Source: Botryllus schlosseri (Eukaryota). Taken from it: a stretch of 64,000 nucleotides of DNA. Below are positions 24,196 to 35,780 of the stretch, piece by piece; positions within the stretch are counted from its first letter, which is position 1, and each line of letters opens with the position of its first letter. The stretch lies in assembly GCA_051294905.1 (NCBI GenBank), contig CM119385.1, positions 14,756,001 through 14,820,000 on the forward strand, in the 5' to 3' direction. Made by a program: the position numbers and the translations under genes. Below the pieces are notes generated by a model, which saw only the letters and a list, made by a program, of their open reading frames with translations, was not told where the DNA came from and did no database searches.

Positions 24196-24754
24196 ATGAA
24201 TTATCGAAGAATGTCGATGGTATCTACTCTGACAGCCGCTGTGCTGATGCTAGCTATATTCGCCGTGGACGACACTTCGGCACACAGGTACAACGGGGTC
24301 TTCACCCACTGCGGGAGCGACGCGGAGCATTTCATGAAATGGTTTTGCAGAGATCCGAATTTCAGATTTCCATTCCCGTTCAACCGAATATACCGTAAGT
24401 AAATCAAGATTACGTCATTGATTTCGTGGTTGTTTCAGAGCATAGCGAATTTACTCTAAACATTTCACCATTTTCAGCACCAAATATGGCTGCGATTTGA
24501 TTCTCGAATCGAGAATACATATATGTGATCTTGTATTTTCAGTCATTCTCCGCTACGGACCTCCGCACAAAATACTCTTCCCGTATCAGCACCAGGCTTG
24601 GCATTGCTGCCGGATGGGCTGCGACGAATCGGGCTATCGGAAGATGTGTCATTATCACCGAAAATTAAAAGTATGCGAGAGACGCAGGAGGCATCTGCGC
24701 ATCAGCGGGCGAGCGAAGCGTTTCTATCAGAGCGCCTGCCTGCTGAAGAATTGA
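24196..24754 (+). CDS. ILP-A: divergent insulin-superfamily prepropeptide, 136 aa (exons 24196-24394 and 24543-24754)
   Basis: Hydrophobic signal peptide; B chain CGSDAEHFMKWFC (C-x11-C); phase-1 intron GTAAGT..TTTTCAG; A chain CCRMGCDESGYRKMC (CC-x3-C-x8-C). Spliced length 411 nt, open to TGA. Confidence 0.9.
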
Positions 24755-25389
24755 ACGCGATATCTGACTCCATTGCGTATATTGCCGCGAGTAGAATCGT
24801 ACGAGAATCACCGAACGCTCTGGGAGCTGCTTGATGACATCATTGCCCTCAGTCACACTTGAACGGTCGTACACAACAACAAGAGAACGAGGGGTCGAGT
24901 TTATCCTGCAGAAACAGCGCACTTTTGCATAATTTTCTTTAGTACATCTTTTTTTATTCTCGATTTTTTAATAAATACTGGTGAGAAGCTTGGGTTGGTG
25001 GACGTTATCAAAACAATCTAGCCACTCGCGGGCCCTATTATGTTTTACATGACAAAGAGATGACTGATACGGATCTCTGCGAGGATACCTACTGATGTGC
25101 TTGCGCGAAACATAATGTTAGAATCGTATCTTCAAACAAACTTAGATGACTCGAACGCAATTCCGAGAAAAGGAATTTGCTGCCTACTAATATATCATAC
25201 ATCGCATTCGCGTGGTCATACCAAGGGGAGAAATAAAGTACAAAATGACATATCGCCTAGGAAGCAAACACTGGTACGGGAAGGATGATGTTTAGGTGCG
25301 ATTGATATTTTAGCAAGAACAAGCGCCATCTGTACTGGTTACTGAGAAGATTTTCGAGACATGGTCAATAATTTTATATGTTATAGCTA

Positions 25390-25680
25390 TAGTTGAAGAG
25401 CTTCTTAGAGGTACAGAGCTTCAATATACAATTGTATAGTATATTCACATTGAAATGAACCCGAATATTTTCAGCTGACACTCGTCAAAGATAACCGTCA
25501 ACAACTAGTCGAGAATTGGAAAGAGCATTGTATCGTATCACAAAATATGGTGACTTCATATTTTGTGATACGATTGTTGATACACAATGTTCTTTCCAAT
25601 TCTCTACTAGTTGTTGACGATGATATCTGACGAGTGTCAACTGAAAATATTCGGGTTCATTTCAATATGAATATACTATT
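25390..25680. mobile_element. Foldback/hairpin element with arms of about 120 bp
   Basis: 25436-25549 pairs with 25557-25679 around a GTGACTT loop. A one-arm copy lies at 53808-53985. Confidence 0.8.
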
Positions 25681-28600
25681 GCATTATAGCCATATAGTAC
25701 ATAGGCGACATGGTTTGAATATGTGTGTTTTCGTGTACAGTACAGTACATACATAAACATTCTACGAAGACAATGAAACTGCTTGGAATATCATTTCCAT
25801 TGCCCCACGTAGCCAGGATGGAAACAGGATGGACCGGTGGATTATGATTTAGGGAAGTGAACTTTTGTTGACAATGACTGGACGCCCAAATTCTTTATTA
25901 CTTAATGAATACAGATGATCCCACAATGCCCAGGTTAGCATTTGGGCCATTGGCACTTTTCACTTCCACATGGCTTCGCCACTGCATAACATGCATGAGC
26001 GACATTTCTGGAATAAATTCGACGGTGATATATATAGCTATATATTATATAATCGTAATACGACATTGTGTAGGAACAGACGAGATCGTTTGTGGGAGAG
26101 TTGATAATACCGATAGTCCAAGATACAATCAGACTGACACTTGGGCTTTGTGATGAAATAATGTTCGGCTTTGGGCTCTGATTAGCATTCCTATAAAAAT
26201 ATCAAACATCCTGACAAGTGCGAGAAACTGCGAGCATTGTCGGATGTATTATTTTACGACTGAAATCGGAATCCACAATCCTTCTTGATGTCATGTAGAG
26301 TACCGTGAAATTATAGATAAGTCGACGATTGAATCTACATTTTACAGTTGGTGGTACACAATATTTGCAGCCGCTACACATGAAGTGAAACTCTTTCAAC
26401 GCCAGTACAAAAGCCAGTCAAATATGAGTCCGATATGCAATACGTCATAGCATTAGAGTGGAAAGATATTCTGAATTACATATTCGATTCACATCTAAAG
26501 TGAATATGACAGTTGATTACAACCAGAAGATGGTGTATATTTTGTTGGACTTTTGATTAACTGGCTCTTGAAATGACCAATAGTACCATTTACAATTATT
26601 CATGCACACAGCATATCGGTATATTTGTAAGTGAATGTATAATGGGTACAGAAAAAGTGACATAATTCAACATAGTTACATAATCAGATCCGTTTCCTAT
26701 TTGACTAAAATTGAGCTACTGAGTCGATATCCATACAACTATTCATCACCAGGTATTGTCAGAACTTCGGCACATATTTCAAATACCGTTTCAACTTTCA
26801 AACTAAAAGAATTCTCGTGTTTTGGACAACAACTCTTGAAAAGTTCTTTGTTTCGTTTATAATCATTAAAGCATAAAAGCCTCGACGCACAACGTATTCC
26901 TGTCCTCTTTTTTGACGAACGGGTCGGGAATATTGCAGTCTGCGCGCAATTAGTCTTTCGAAAGTGGGGTGCATACAGAGGATCGCAATTGGAGGACAGG
27001 TAAACATATCATCACCATGTGATTTCAGTCGACAAGCTTGTGCTCAAAATAGAACAGTATAAGACTGGATATCGGAATGTCACGAATCTGTGATAGAAGC
27101 GATAATCTCAGTGTTATCTATGTTTTTGAAAGATCTCTTTTGTAAAATGCATGAAGGAGATAGGCGGTTTGCAACGCAATTTGCAGGGGAAGCTATTTTG
27201 CAACTATTGAACTCGCCAGGTTGCAATGCAAGACCGTCGCGATCAGGCGGAATTTCTCCATCAAACGAGACGAGATGTGGAAGAAGCACAATTACGAAAT
27301 GCCTCTCCTCTCCGCTTTCGCAATATGTTCCAAATGGGTCAAGAGTTGACAAAGTGTAATTGTGTTTAATCAAATCATAAGGAAACTGTCACCGAAAAAC
27401 AAACATGCGAGTATCACAAATCGATCACGGGGTTCTTCGATGTTCGACCTGCTATCTGTCTAATCCTAAATGATCGATTCGTCTACTGTCAAACTGTCGT
27501 ACATAGCAATGAAGGTATCCCAATATCTGCAATGCTACAACATTTACCATGCAGTTATAGTTAATTTTCGTCATTCACGTGACATCTAGTTGTCAAAGTC
27601 ATAAAGAGAAAGTCCCAGACCATCGCAAAACGCTAACAACAGATGACTTAAATTATCAGACTCGTTAGCTGATGACACAATATCGCATGCAACACCACAT
27701 ATGCTTCGCTGTCACGTTTCTAATCCGAGAGGGGTTGTCTATATTCCTTCGTATGACTTAGTAAATATTTCGGACATGAACCAGACAAAATCACCTCTCG
27801 ACTGATCAACGATTTGTTGTACAATGTGTACTGGTTTTCCGGCCACGAATCGAGCTCAACTCAGGAATCAGGACGCAATTACCATTCAGGTTCGGGGCGG
27901 CTTGGGTACACCTACCCTACACTGTACGATCCCGCCTCAGGCTTGATCGTGGTGTCGCAAAAGGAAATGAAGGACTGGCAGACCAGACACACTCAAACCA
28001 ACTATATCACAATGCTTTTTAAGCACCTAGTATCACAAATATGTGATATATACACGCGCGGATGAGGAGACCCACTGCAATGACGGATTTGTAACTATGA
28101 CCTGTGACCCACAATCACCACCAAGCTAATTCCTAGCCCTATCTAAAATAGTCATCATAGCGGAAGTATTCAGTCGTTTATAAGTAACCTGTGCAGACTA
28201 TTGAGAGTCATCACATCGTCATTATACGCCGATCACCCATTCAATGAAACGTATAGTGGATGTATTAAAACATCCAAGGGCATGGAGTTTCGCCCGATTG
28301 GAATTTCCAAATAAAGCACACCCTGCGATACGGAATGTTTCGCATTGGATAACACCAAATCGTTGGCGATTTTCGCAATTCAGAAGATTCTGCACACGCA
28401 GTAAGATTCACATACGGCGTCTCGGAACGGCGATATTCGCTCGCGGAATCAGAATATGCTCACGCAAATTGCCGCGCGATTGCTTGTTGGTGTCCTGTTG
28501 CGTAAAAAGCGGGCGTTCTTGTTTGGTAGTGACCGTCAGGAAATCCTGAAGTATTGGTAATGAAAAGAATTTCAGTGCCTAATCGTATATCGCCGAAAGG

Positions 28601-29849
28601 CCACCGTAACAGCGTAACACAGAATGAAGACGCCTAATCAATTAACTCGGACATCAATGATTCACTGGGTGGAAGTGTGTTTTTGTTATTTCGGGGTTGC
28701 GATGGCGCTGAAACTGCCGCGGATAATTCCCACAAAGCCGATCAGTATATTTAAAAATGGACGTGAGTATTCTTTGAACTTCGCGGGCTACATACGCCTC
28801 GGCGGATGAATTGAGATGAACCGACATCGTGTTGTTACACTTGCATTCTTGGAATTGACGTCAGAAACACATGCGTCACAACTCCCACCCCAGACTACGT
28901 GCACTGTGTAATGTACGTACACTGAACAAGTGCACAACCCTAATCGTATCTTCATGGTAGGCGTTCGGTGAGCTATTCATTGAGGCATGCTGTCAATTCG
29001 TAGCGGACTCTTGCTGCCTTTGGTCCGTATACAAAGTAGATACTTCCAACAATGTATCGTGCTTACACGTAATGAGATATACGGAAAATTCCTTGTATAA
29101 TACACAGTTTGTTTACGTTAATGTCGTCACTGTGTTTAAATTAGGTTAGTAAGATTTTCCGGCTTCATGCGCCGGAACGGAATGAACCAGAAAGGCGAAC
29201 ATCAAGCGATTGTGCAACGGCTGAAGATAGCGTAATCAAAGTTATGAAGCGGGCAGCAAATGAGGGGCAAATTTTCGACCTGCAGCATACCAATCAAAAC
29301 GCAATAACATATTGATATGCAATGAGTGAGTCTAAACACAGATGGGGTAACGCAAATCCCAGTGCACTAAATACAGTAGTGCTTCGTGAGAAAATTTCAC
29401 ATTTTACAATCCTGGCACCCAATATATATTGTTATCATGCTCGTCGTCGCCGCCTCCGCTGGATTCTGATTACACGATTCGTCATCGGATTGACCTCAGA
29501 CAAACTCACTAGTACCGTCAAAATACACGAATCATAATGGAAACAACAGTCAAAACATGTACCATGCTAAATTTGGCGATGTGACACTCCATAACTGCAT
29601 GGAATTTATCAGCAAATCGACAAGGTCGGTTTTTTATCAAATTTCAATTTCATCCTGAATTTACGATGACGCAATGAAATCGCATACGTCAACGGAGTGT
29701 AGCGCGTAACGTGATAGCCACGCACAATGATTTACTGTTCCTTCAAAAACTCGCTTGACCCCTAATCTCTGCTGAACCAGAGATATAAACAAGCATTCAG
29801 CGCACCTGTTTTTTCTTCGCCATTCGAATGTGATTGCCCATACTCTACG

Positions 29850-30800
29850 TAATGACCAATCGCAACGCCAGAACAGGTGGCAGTGGAAAATTGCTTATTA
29901 TCTGCAATTTTCCCGGAGACTTTGGTAAGGAATAAAAGCTTTTTGTTGCCCGGCAGATTAGTATCTTCAATATTTTTAGTAGTGATGCCGACATTGATAT
30001 CTGCAGAGTTTCGGGATGGCGAAAGAATTTTGATAGGACGACTATGAAGTGCTTATAAAGATATGATATCTGATGGAATACCACGTGACAGTTACTGAAT
30101 ACCGAGAAATAACGTTATTATATTTATCACCAAATATAGTAACATACACATCACGAGATCAATCTGACCATAATGCTAACGACACCAATAGCAATTCCTT
30201 AAGACTACCAATCCGATGGTTCACGTATACGTTGTCTTAATTGATATTTTGGACTATCATCAAAATTGCTTTATCCAACAATATGTTGCAATTTTGGGGC
30301 ATTTATTTTTGTAATGGAGCCTATTGTTTCTGCGGGTGACATCATAAAATCTTGCCGCCGTCGTGGTGATGTGTTCAAGCGGGGCCTACGATACTTATTA
30401 GCCGGTTCAAGATTTAAATTGTCGCCGATAACTATCCCCGTTCTAATGGTCGCCATGAGTTCTATAGCCTGCACAGTGCACAAGTGCACACTGCACAGTG
30501 CACATATATATTCCATGCAGAGAAATACCTTATTTCCAATCTGTATCACAAGTTCATTACCAATCTCTGACGCTGATGCTAATCGCAAACTTACCATGCC
30601 TGATATTTCTCGAAATTGTACTGTGTTTCGTATTTTATACGAAATTAGTGAGTTAAAACAGACGCCCCTCAATGGCGGAACTCGGTGGTTAATCCTCACG
30701 CAAACTATTAAGTATGCGGTTGCACTAATTCCAATCAACACTCCAAAGTCATACCGACAATACCGCCAAGTTAATGGATGGTTAATCCAACTCGACGAGC
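29850..30800 (-). mobile_element. Decayed LINE ORF2 endonuclease region
   Basis: On the minus strand, LIVCVRINHRVPP (cf. IVGVIYRPP), IVIGDNLNL (cf. IIGDFN), QRIREPS (cf. QLI.EPTR) and QIDLV appear in the canonical APE order. Confidence 0.55.
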
Positions 30801-31141
30801 TTTATCTCGAGTTTAAAATGTCACCCACAGCATTGCTTGTGTTTGATCTCAGCGAAATAACTTCTGATGTGAAGACATCATCCTGAACATAGCCCCGTGA
30901 CAGTTACAGACACAACGTGGAAAAAGTCTACGGTCATAGTGTATATTAATCCCTTTCATTTGAATTTGGAGTGAATTTTCACTGCGACAGAATTTTTCAT
31001 CCAAAATTAGATGTATACTTTCTTGCAAAACTCCAAATTTTCTGGAAGGGAGCGATTGAGGTCATGCTAACTATACTGTTGCTCGACTAAGCTGAATAAA
31101 ATGCATTGAATGCCATATTTGTATGGATTCCTTTTCTATAG

Positions 31142-31440
31142 CATTGCATAACGCGACGATATAAGGCATCTTACGGCGACAATAAAGCCCAGAAAAAGAC
31201 CCGACGAAAGAATGCACTCAAAAGGAATGGAAGGAATCAGAAAGGGCCGTGGCTTCAAAAGATCAAAATCGAAAAGAACTGTGACATCGGGCACTATATG
31301 CCGAGGTCGATGTCGGTCCGCATCTGCGCGTCGCTCGACATCCTCCTATCTGTTCATTACATCGTATTGTGTCTTATCGCATTGTACATTGCGTGTGTCT
31401 TGTTCAGATGAAAATACAACTCAACGATTGTTAATTATTA
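31142..31440 (+). repeat. Copy of the dispersed ~280-bp repeat, carrying an open 89-codon frame
   Basis: CTGTGACATCGGG, CATCCTCC.ATCTGTT.ATTA.ATCG.ATTGTGT and ATCGCATTGTACAT...CAGATGAAAAT shared with the reverse complement of 40038-40315. Confidence 0.65.
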
Positions 31441-34417
31441 TCGATTGTTGATCTGGGAATGAAAGTATTTCCAGCATATTCGAGGGTGGGGTAGCATTTC
31501 GCCATATATAAGGTGTAATTTGAAAATCGAATCTTGATGGAGAAAGGCAGTTTATTCTCGCCTGGGTGCCTAGCAGGGAATATGCGGATATCAGTTGTAC
31601 GATCAAATATTTCGTCTGACTCGGCCGGGATTAAACTCGCAACCTAGCGATCAAGAAGCAGGAGGCTCTATTATTCTGAATCGTCGTCGCGGAGTGGATG
31701 ATAAGAACGCAGATGCGCCCTGAAACTATACAGACTTGTTGCTCTTTACGGACAGGAAGATACCTGGGTTACATCATGTATCGCACTACATTCATAATTT
31801 CCGGCACCAAGATCTGAGAGGACCAAACTACTGATTTTACAAAAGTAACATCATTAGGAATGGAAAGGAATGGACATTGTGTATTTTTGTCCTTGGTGTT
31901 TTGCGGCATATACACCGCATTTGGAAAATTTGGCCAAAATCTGAGTCAAAATATTTAAAAATCTGTTTCTTCTATATGCTTGTAAGCCACAGTATATTAT
32001 ACATATCCTCAAATTCGGTATCCCTTTTTATGATTAGCGTAATTTATCATCGCCAAATTGCAATTACACAGCCCACCAAAGAACACGCTCGCAACTGCAT
32101 ATGATTGGATGCTAATATAATATTCAATCTGCAGTCAAATGTCTGTAGAAGTTATTACATATCATCGTGCTCGTGCTATGCATGAGTCACATGCGATAGC
32201 ACCGGTAACTTTAGATTATCACCAAAGTATAAACATTCGAAGACATCATCCCATTCCCTATTTCGGAATCTTCCTATGATCTAATGATTTGCCCGAGGAT
32301 TTCCACTCATACTCATATGCCATTGCAAGACCCTTATGTACCAGCATTATTCCTCTGAAGATAAAGAATCTTTGAAACATGAAGAGCGGCGATTACCAGT
32401 GAAAACGCAAATTCTCCCGCCATATTAAGCGCCGAGCTTGCTGGACTGCAATTGAACCGACCCCTATGAATTTAAAGTTACCAATAGCGTCACGTTTTCC
32501 CAGCTGATTCCCAATTAAAAACAAGTTTAATGTTGCCATAAATACGGACGCTTATTTATCCAACAGAAATAGACAGAGGAAGGTACGAAATGCGACGGAA
32601 TACACTACAATTAAGAGCATAATGAAAACAGTAACATCCCGCCATCTTGGCGTCATGGGAAATCAAAAAATTATCCGTGCCGACCTGCATCAGCTGAGAT
32701 TAAAATATTCCACAGCTTTACATATACGAATCACCAGCGGCGGCTTATAGTGGAGATGATCCGAGAGGCCTTCAATCTGATATTTCACCCTTGAAAGTGA
32801 CCCCTCAGGTCTTAAAGTCAAGGACAATCGGACGGATAAGGGGATTTTGCGGTCAACCTAGCGACGCCTTTCCTAACCTGTCGCTATTTCGGTAAGATTA
32901 CAGCTGGTGATGAACAATATTAGTGTTGCTATATACAGGCTTGGTTTGTTTTCCCAAGTACCAGATTTACTTTGCGAAGAGTGTACTAAATTCGAATATC
33001 CCGATTTTGTGATCATGTGTTGGATCTCTTCTTATATAAGATATAAAACTGTTTATTACAAGCGTAATAATTATTGCGATACATACAGACCCATGTCTAT
33101 ATTAGGTCTGAAATTTTCAGAAATATGTCGTGTACTACATACGGCGACATATGATCACAAATATTTCACAACTTAATCCATATTAATATACTAGTGCGAT
33201 AACTCATCAGACTATACAGAGAAATATACACCATGATATTGCACATAGCCTACTATAGACCCAGATCATGTAGCATTTTACGTGTCAGTTTCCTGCAATA
33301 TCAATTCAATTGCGAATCCTTCTTACAATTGTAGATAATCGCAGTATACAATAAAACTATGCTTTAGAAAGAAAGCTGACAGCTGTGTATAATTTCCGAT
33401 GGGGCGTACAACTTTGGCATCGCTATTCTGGCATATTAGCCACCAACTGGTTAAATCTAATGACATACAATGCAGTTACATATTTAGACAAAAATACAGA
33501 CGTATTTCCTGTAGATCGGTAGATAAATATTCATATATATGTGTATTTCTTTTGCGTCATATAGATTTCCTTTCAATAGCAATCATATGTACCAGGCTTC
33601 ATTTGCGGTGGCAATAAATCACGTGATTTCATACTTGGATGAAATAGCGCCTTTTTATCGGCGAGAAGAGCAATTATTCCGTACTTTGCAGTGGGGATAA
33701 TGATATAATACCGCCATACTACGCCGAAACTTTTCTGGGAAATTAGTTTACCACCAAGTTCAATATTTGATGCCGTTTGCTTTTACAAATAAGCCAGCGA
33801 TTGCTATTTAATATAGAAGCATTAAATTGAAGGTAAATTCCTTGTGAGTCATTACGCCAATAAGATGATAGCATCACTCCCTTCAGTTTGGCGATCAGTC
33901 CGCTACGTTCCTCAGTCGTACCTTGTAAATATTAATGTCATGATTGAAATATATTGGCCGTTGGCTCATGATGGTCTAACTACGGCAAAAGCACTTGTCT
34001 AAACATTTGCTTTAGTCCCTATAAATAGAAGCTCAGATAAAAATAGTGTCCGTTTAATATGTACAGATCGGGCGATCATGATTACGCCACTGGCGTAGCA
34101 GCATGTGCTGCCGCCCCTGGCTCTCGCTTAAAATGCCGCCCTCCCTAAGTAGACCCCAGCTAATTTCGACATATATTCATGTTCAAGCAATCTTGTCAAT
34201 AAAAATAATTACAAATAATATGCGGCGTGTTGTCAGCCTCACTGTCTCAGCCGAAATAAGGCCAAAAATATTAAAGACAAGAAATGGCGAACGAATGTAG
34301 TGTGCAAATAGAATATCAATAGCCGCCTTAGAACTTAACTTTTTGGGCTTTGCTGACGCGAAATCAGCGTTAATATCCTCAAATTCAAGATTTTGAACGT
34401 AGTCTTGTTTTATAGAC

Positions 34418-35780
34418 AAGTGGTTGCCAACCGGGGGTCCGCGAAGCCTCTAAATTTGTAAAGTCATTGATAACTAGGGCTGGGCACAATTATTCGAGTA
34501 CTCTAATCTGAATCGAGTATTAATTTTAATGACTCGAGTCGAGCAGTAAAATACTGTTTTTTCGAGTACTGAAATTATACGCTCCTCAGCACTGAAAGTT
34601 AACTTATCAACGAAAATTATAGTTTCGATACTCTTTTCCACTGTGGAAGCCTTGAAACCTTGATTAGCCGTATCGCAGCATACAAAACATGGTACAAAGA
34701 AACGAATGTTACTGGAAATCTGAAGTCATTCTCATATCACAACATGGTCTGGTCACAAAGTACGAGATCGGTATGGTCGAAAAACATTCAAGTATTTTTA
34801 ATGTAATAGATAAGAGGCATTATATTCTTTGTGGTGGCATAAAAGGTACATATTTGAAATTTGACATATTACCTTATGTTATGATGTCATAATGTGCGAT
34901 ACTCGAATACTCGACTCGAAGCATAATACGCGATTCAAAATCGAATCACTCAGGTATACTCGATAATGCCCAGCCCTATTGATAACCTTATTTACATTTT
35001 TTTAAGTAGGAAAAGCATGCTGGGACAGTTTTCGCTTCATAATTACTAAAAATTTATGACTAACGTCATTAAAATGGTCGTCTGAGATGAAATATCCGAC
35101 TGTGCAAACTCATTTTATTGTCAACTTACCAATAGCATGCCGATGCAAACATATGTTTTGTTAAGGTTTCTGAAAAAGTAAACGTTGGAGATAGCAATTT
35201 GGATTTGCAGTCGTCAGTCTCAGCAAATTTGTAAACAGTCGTTTGAAATAGAAATCCCTGAACTTTTTTTCCTGATCTGTCCCAATGAAAGAATTGAAAC
35301 CGCGCCACGAAGTCCATTTCCTCCCGTGATATAACCACTAAATAACTTCAAGATGAGATGCTAAAAAAATGACTATAGGCTGATGGACATGATATGTTCA
35401 TTACAAACACACACCAAAAGCTGTCGTCGGAAGCGTTACGCGTTAATATTACATTCGCCACCAATATATATTTGTGGAAATGGATTTTCGGCACTCGTTC
35501 ATATCCAGTCAAAGACGAGGATTTTCAAGATAATAAATACAGCTGGAAAATTCGTTTCGAACTATTAAAATTCTGCCAAATTTCGACATATAGTGTGAGG
35601 TCATTTTGAATAAAATTGATTTTCTGGCTGTTTATTACTAGCCTACAATTAATGTTTGCACGAGACAGTTGACGGTTGCACGATAATTGGGCTAATTTTA
35701 AGCGAAAACTTGAGGGGGTCCGTGGGGGTCTGTGGCGGTCCAAAAGGGGCCCGCGAAGACAAAAAGGCTGAGAACCACTG
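34418..35780. mobile_element. Charlie-type MITE nested in the hAT remnant
   Basis: Ends AAGTGGTTGCCAACC / GCTGAGAACCACTG; flanks TTATAGAC / CTACAGAC (6 of 8 match). Removing it restores the transposase frame. Confidence 0.75.
34475..34978. mobile_element. hAT MITE (TAGGGCTGGGCA TIR), innermost of the nest
   Basis: TIRs TAGGGCTGGGCA / TGCCCAGCCCTA; perfect TSD TTGATAAC. Confidence 0.95.

Noticed and set aside
27050-27360. Weak hAT-like phrases (SVLSMFLKDLFCKMHEGD; MWKKHNYEMPLLSAFA)
   Set aside because: The spacing is too short for a hAT core plus dimerisation domain and no TIRs were found, so it is not supportable.
30266-30886. 206-aa plus-strand ORF
   Set aside because: No recognisable motifs; it is antisense to a decayed LINE endonuclease region.
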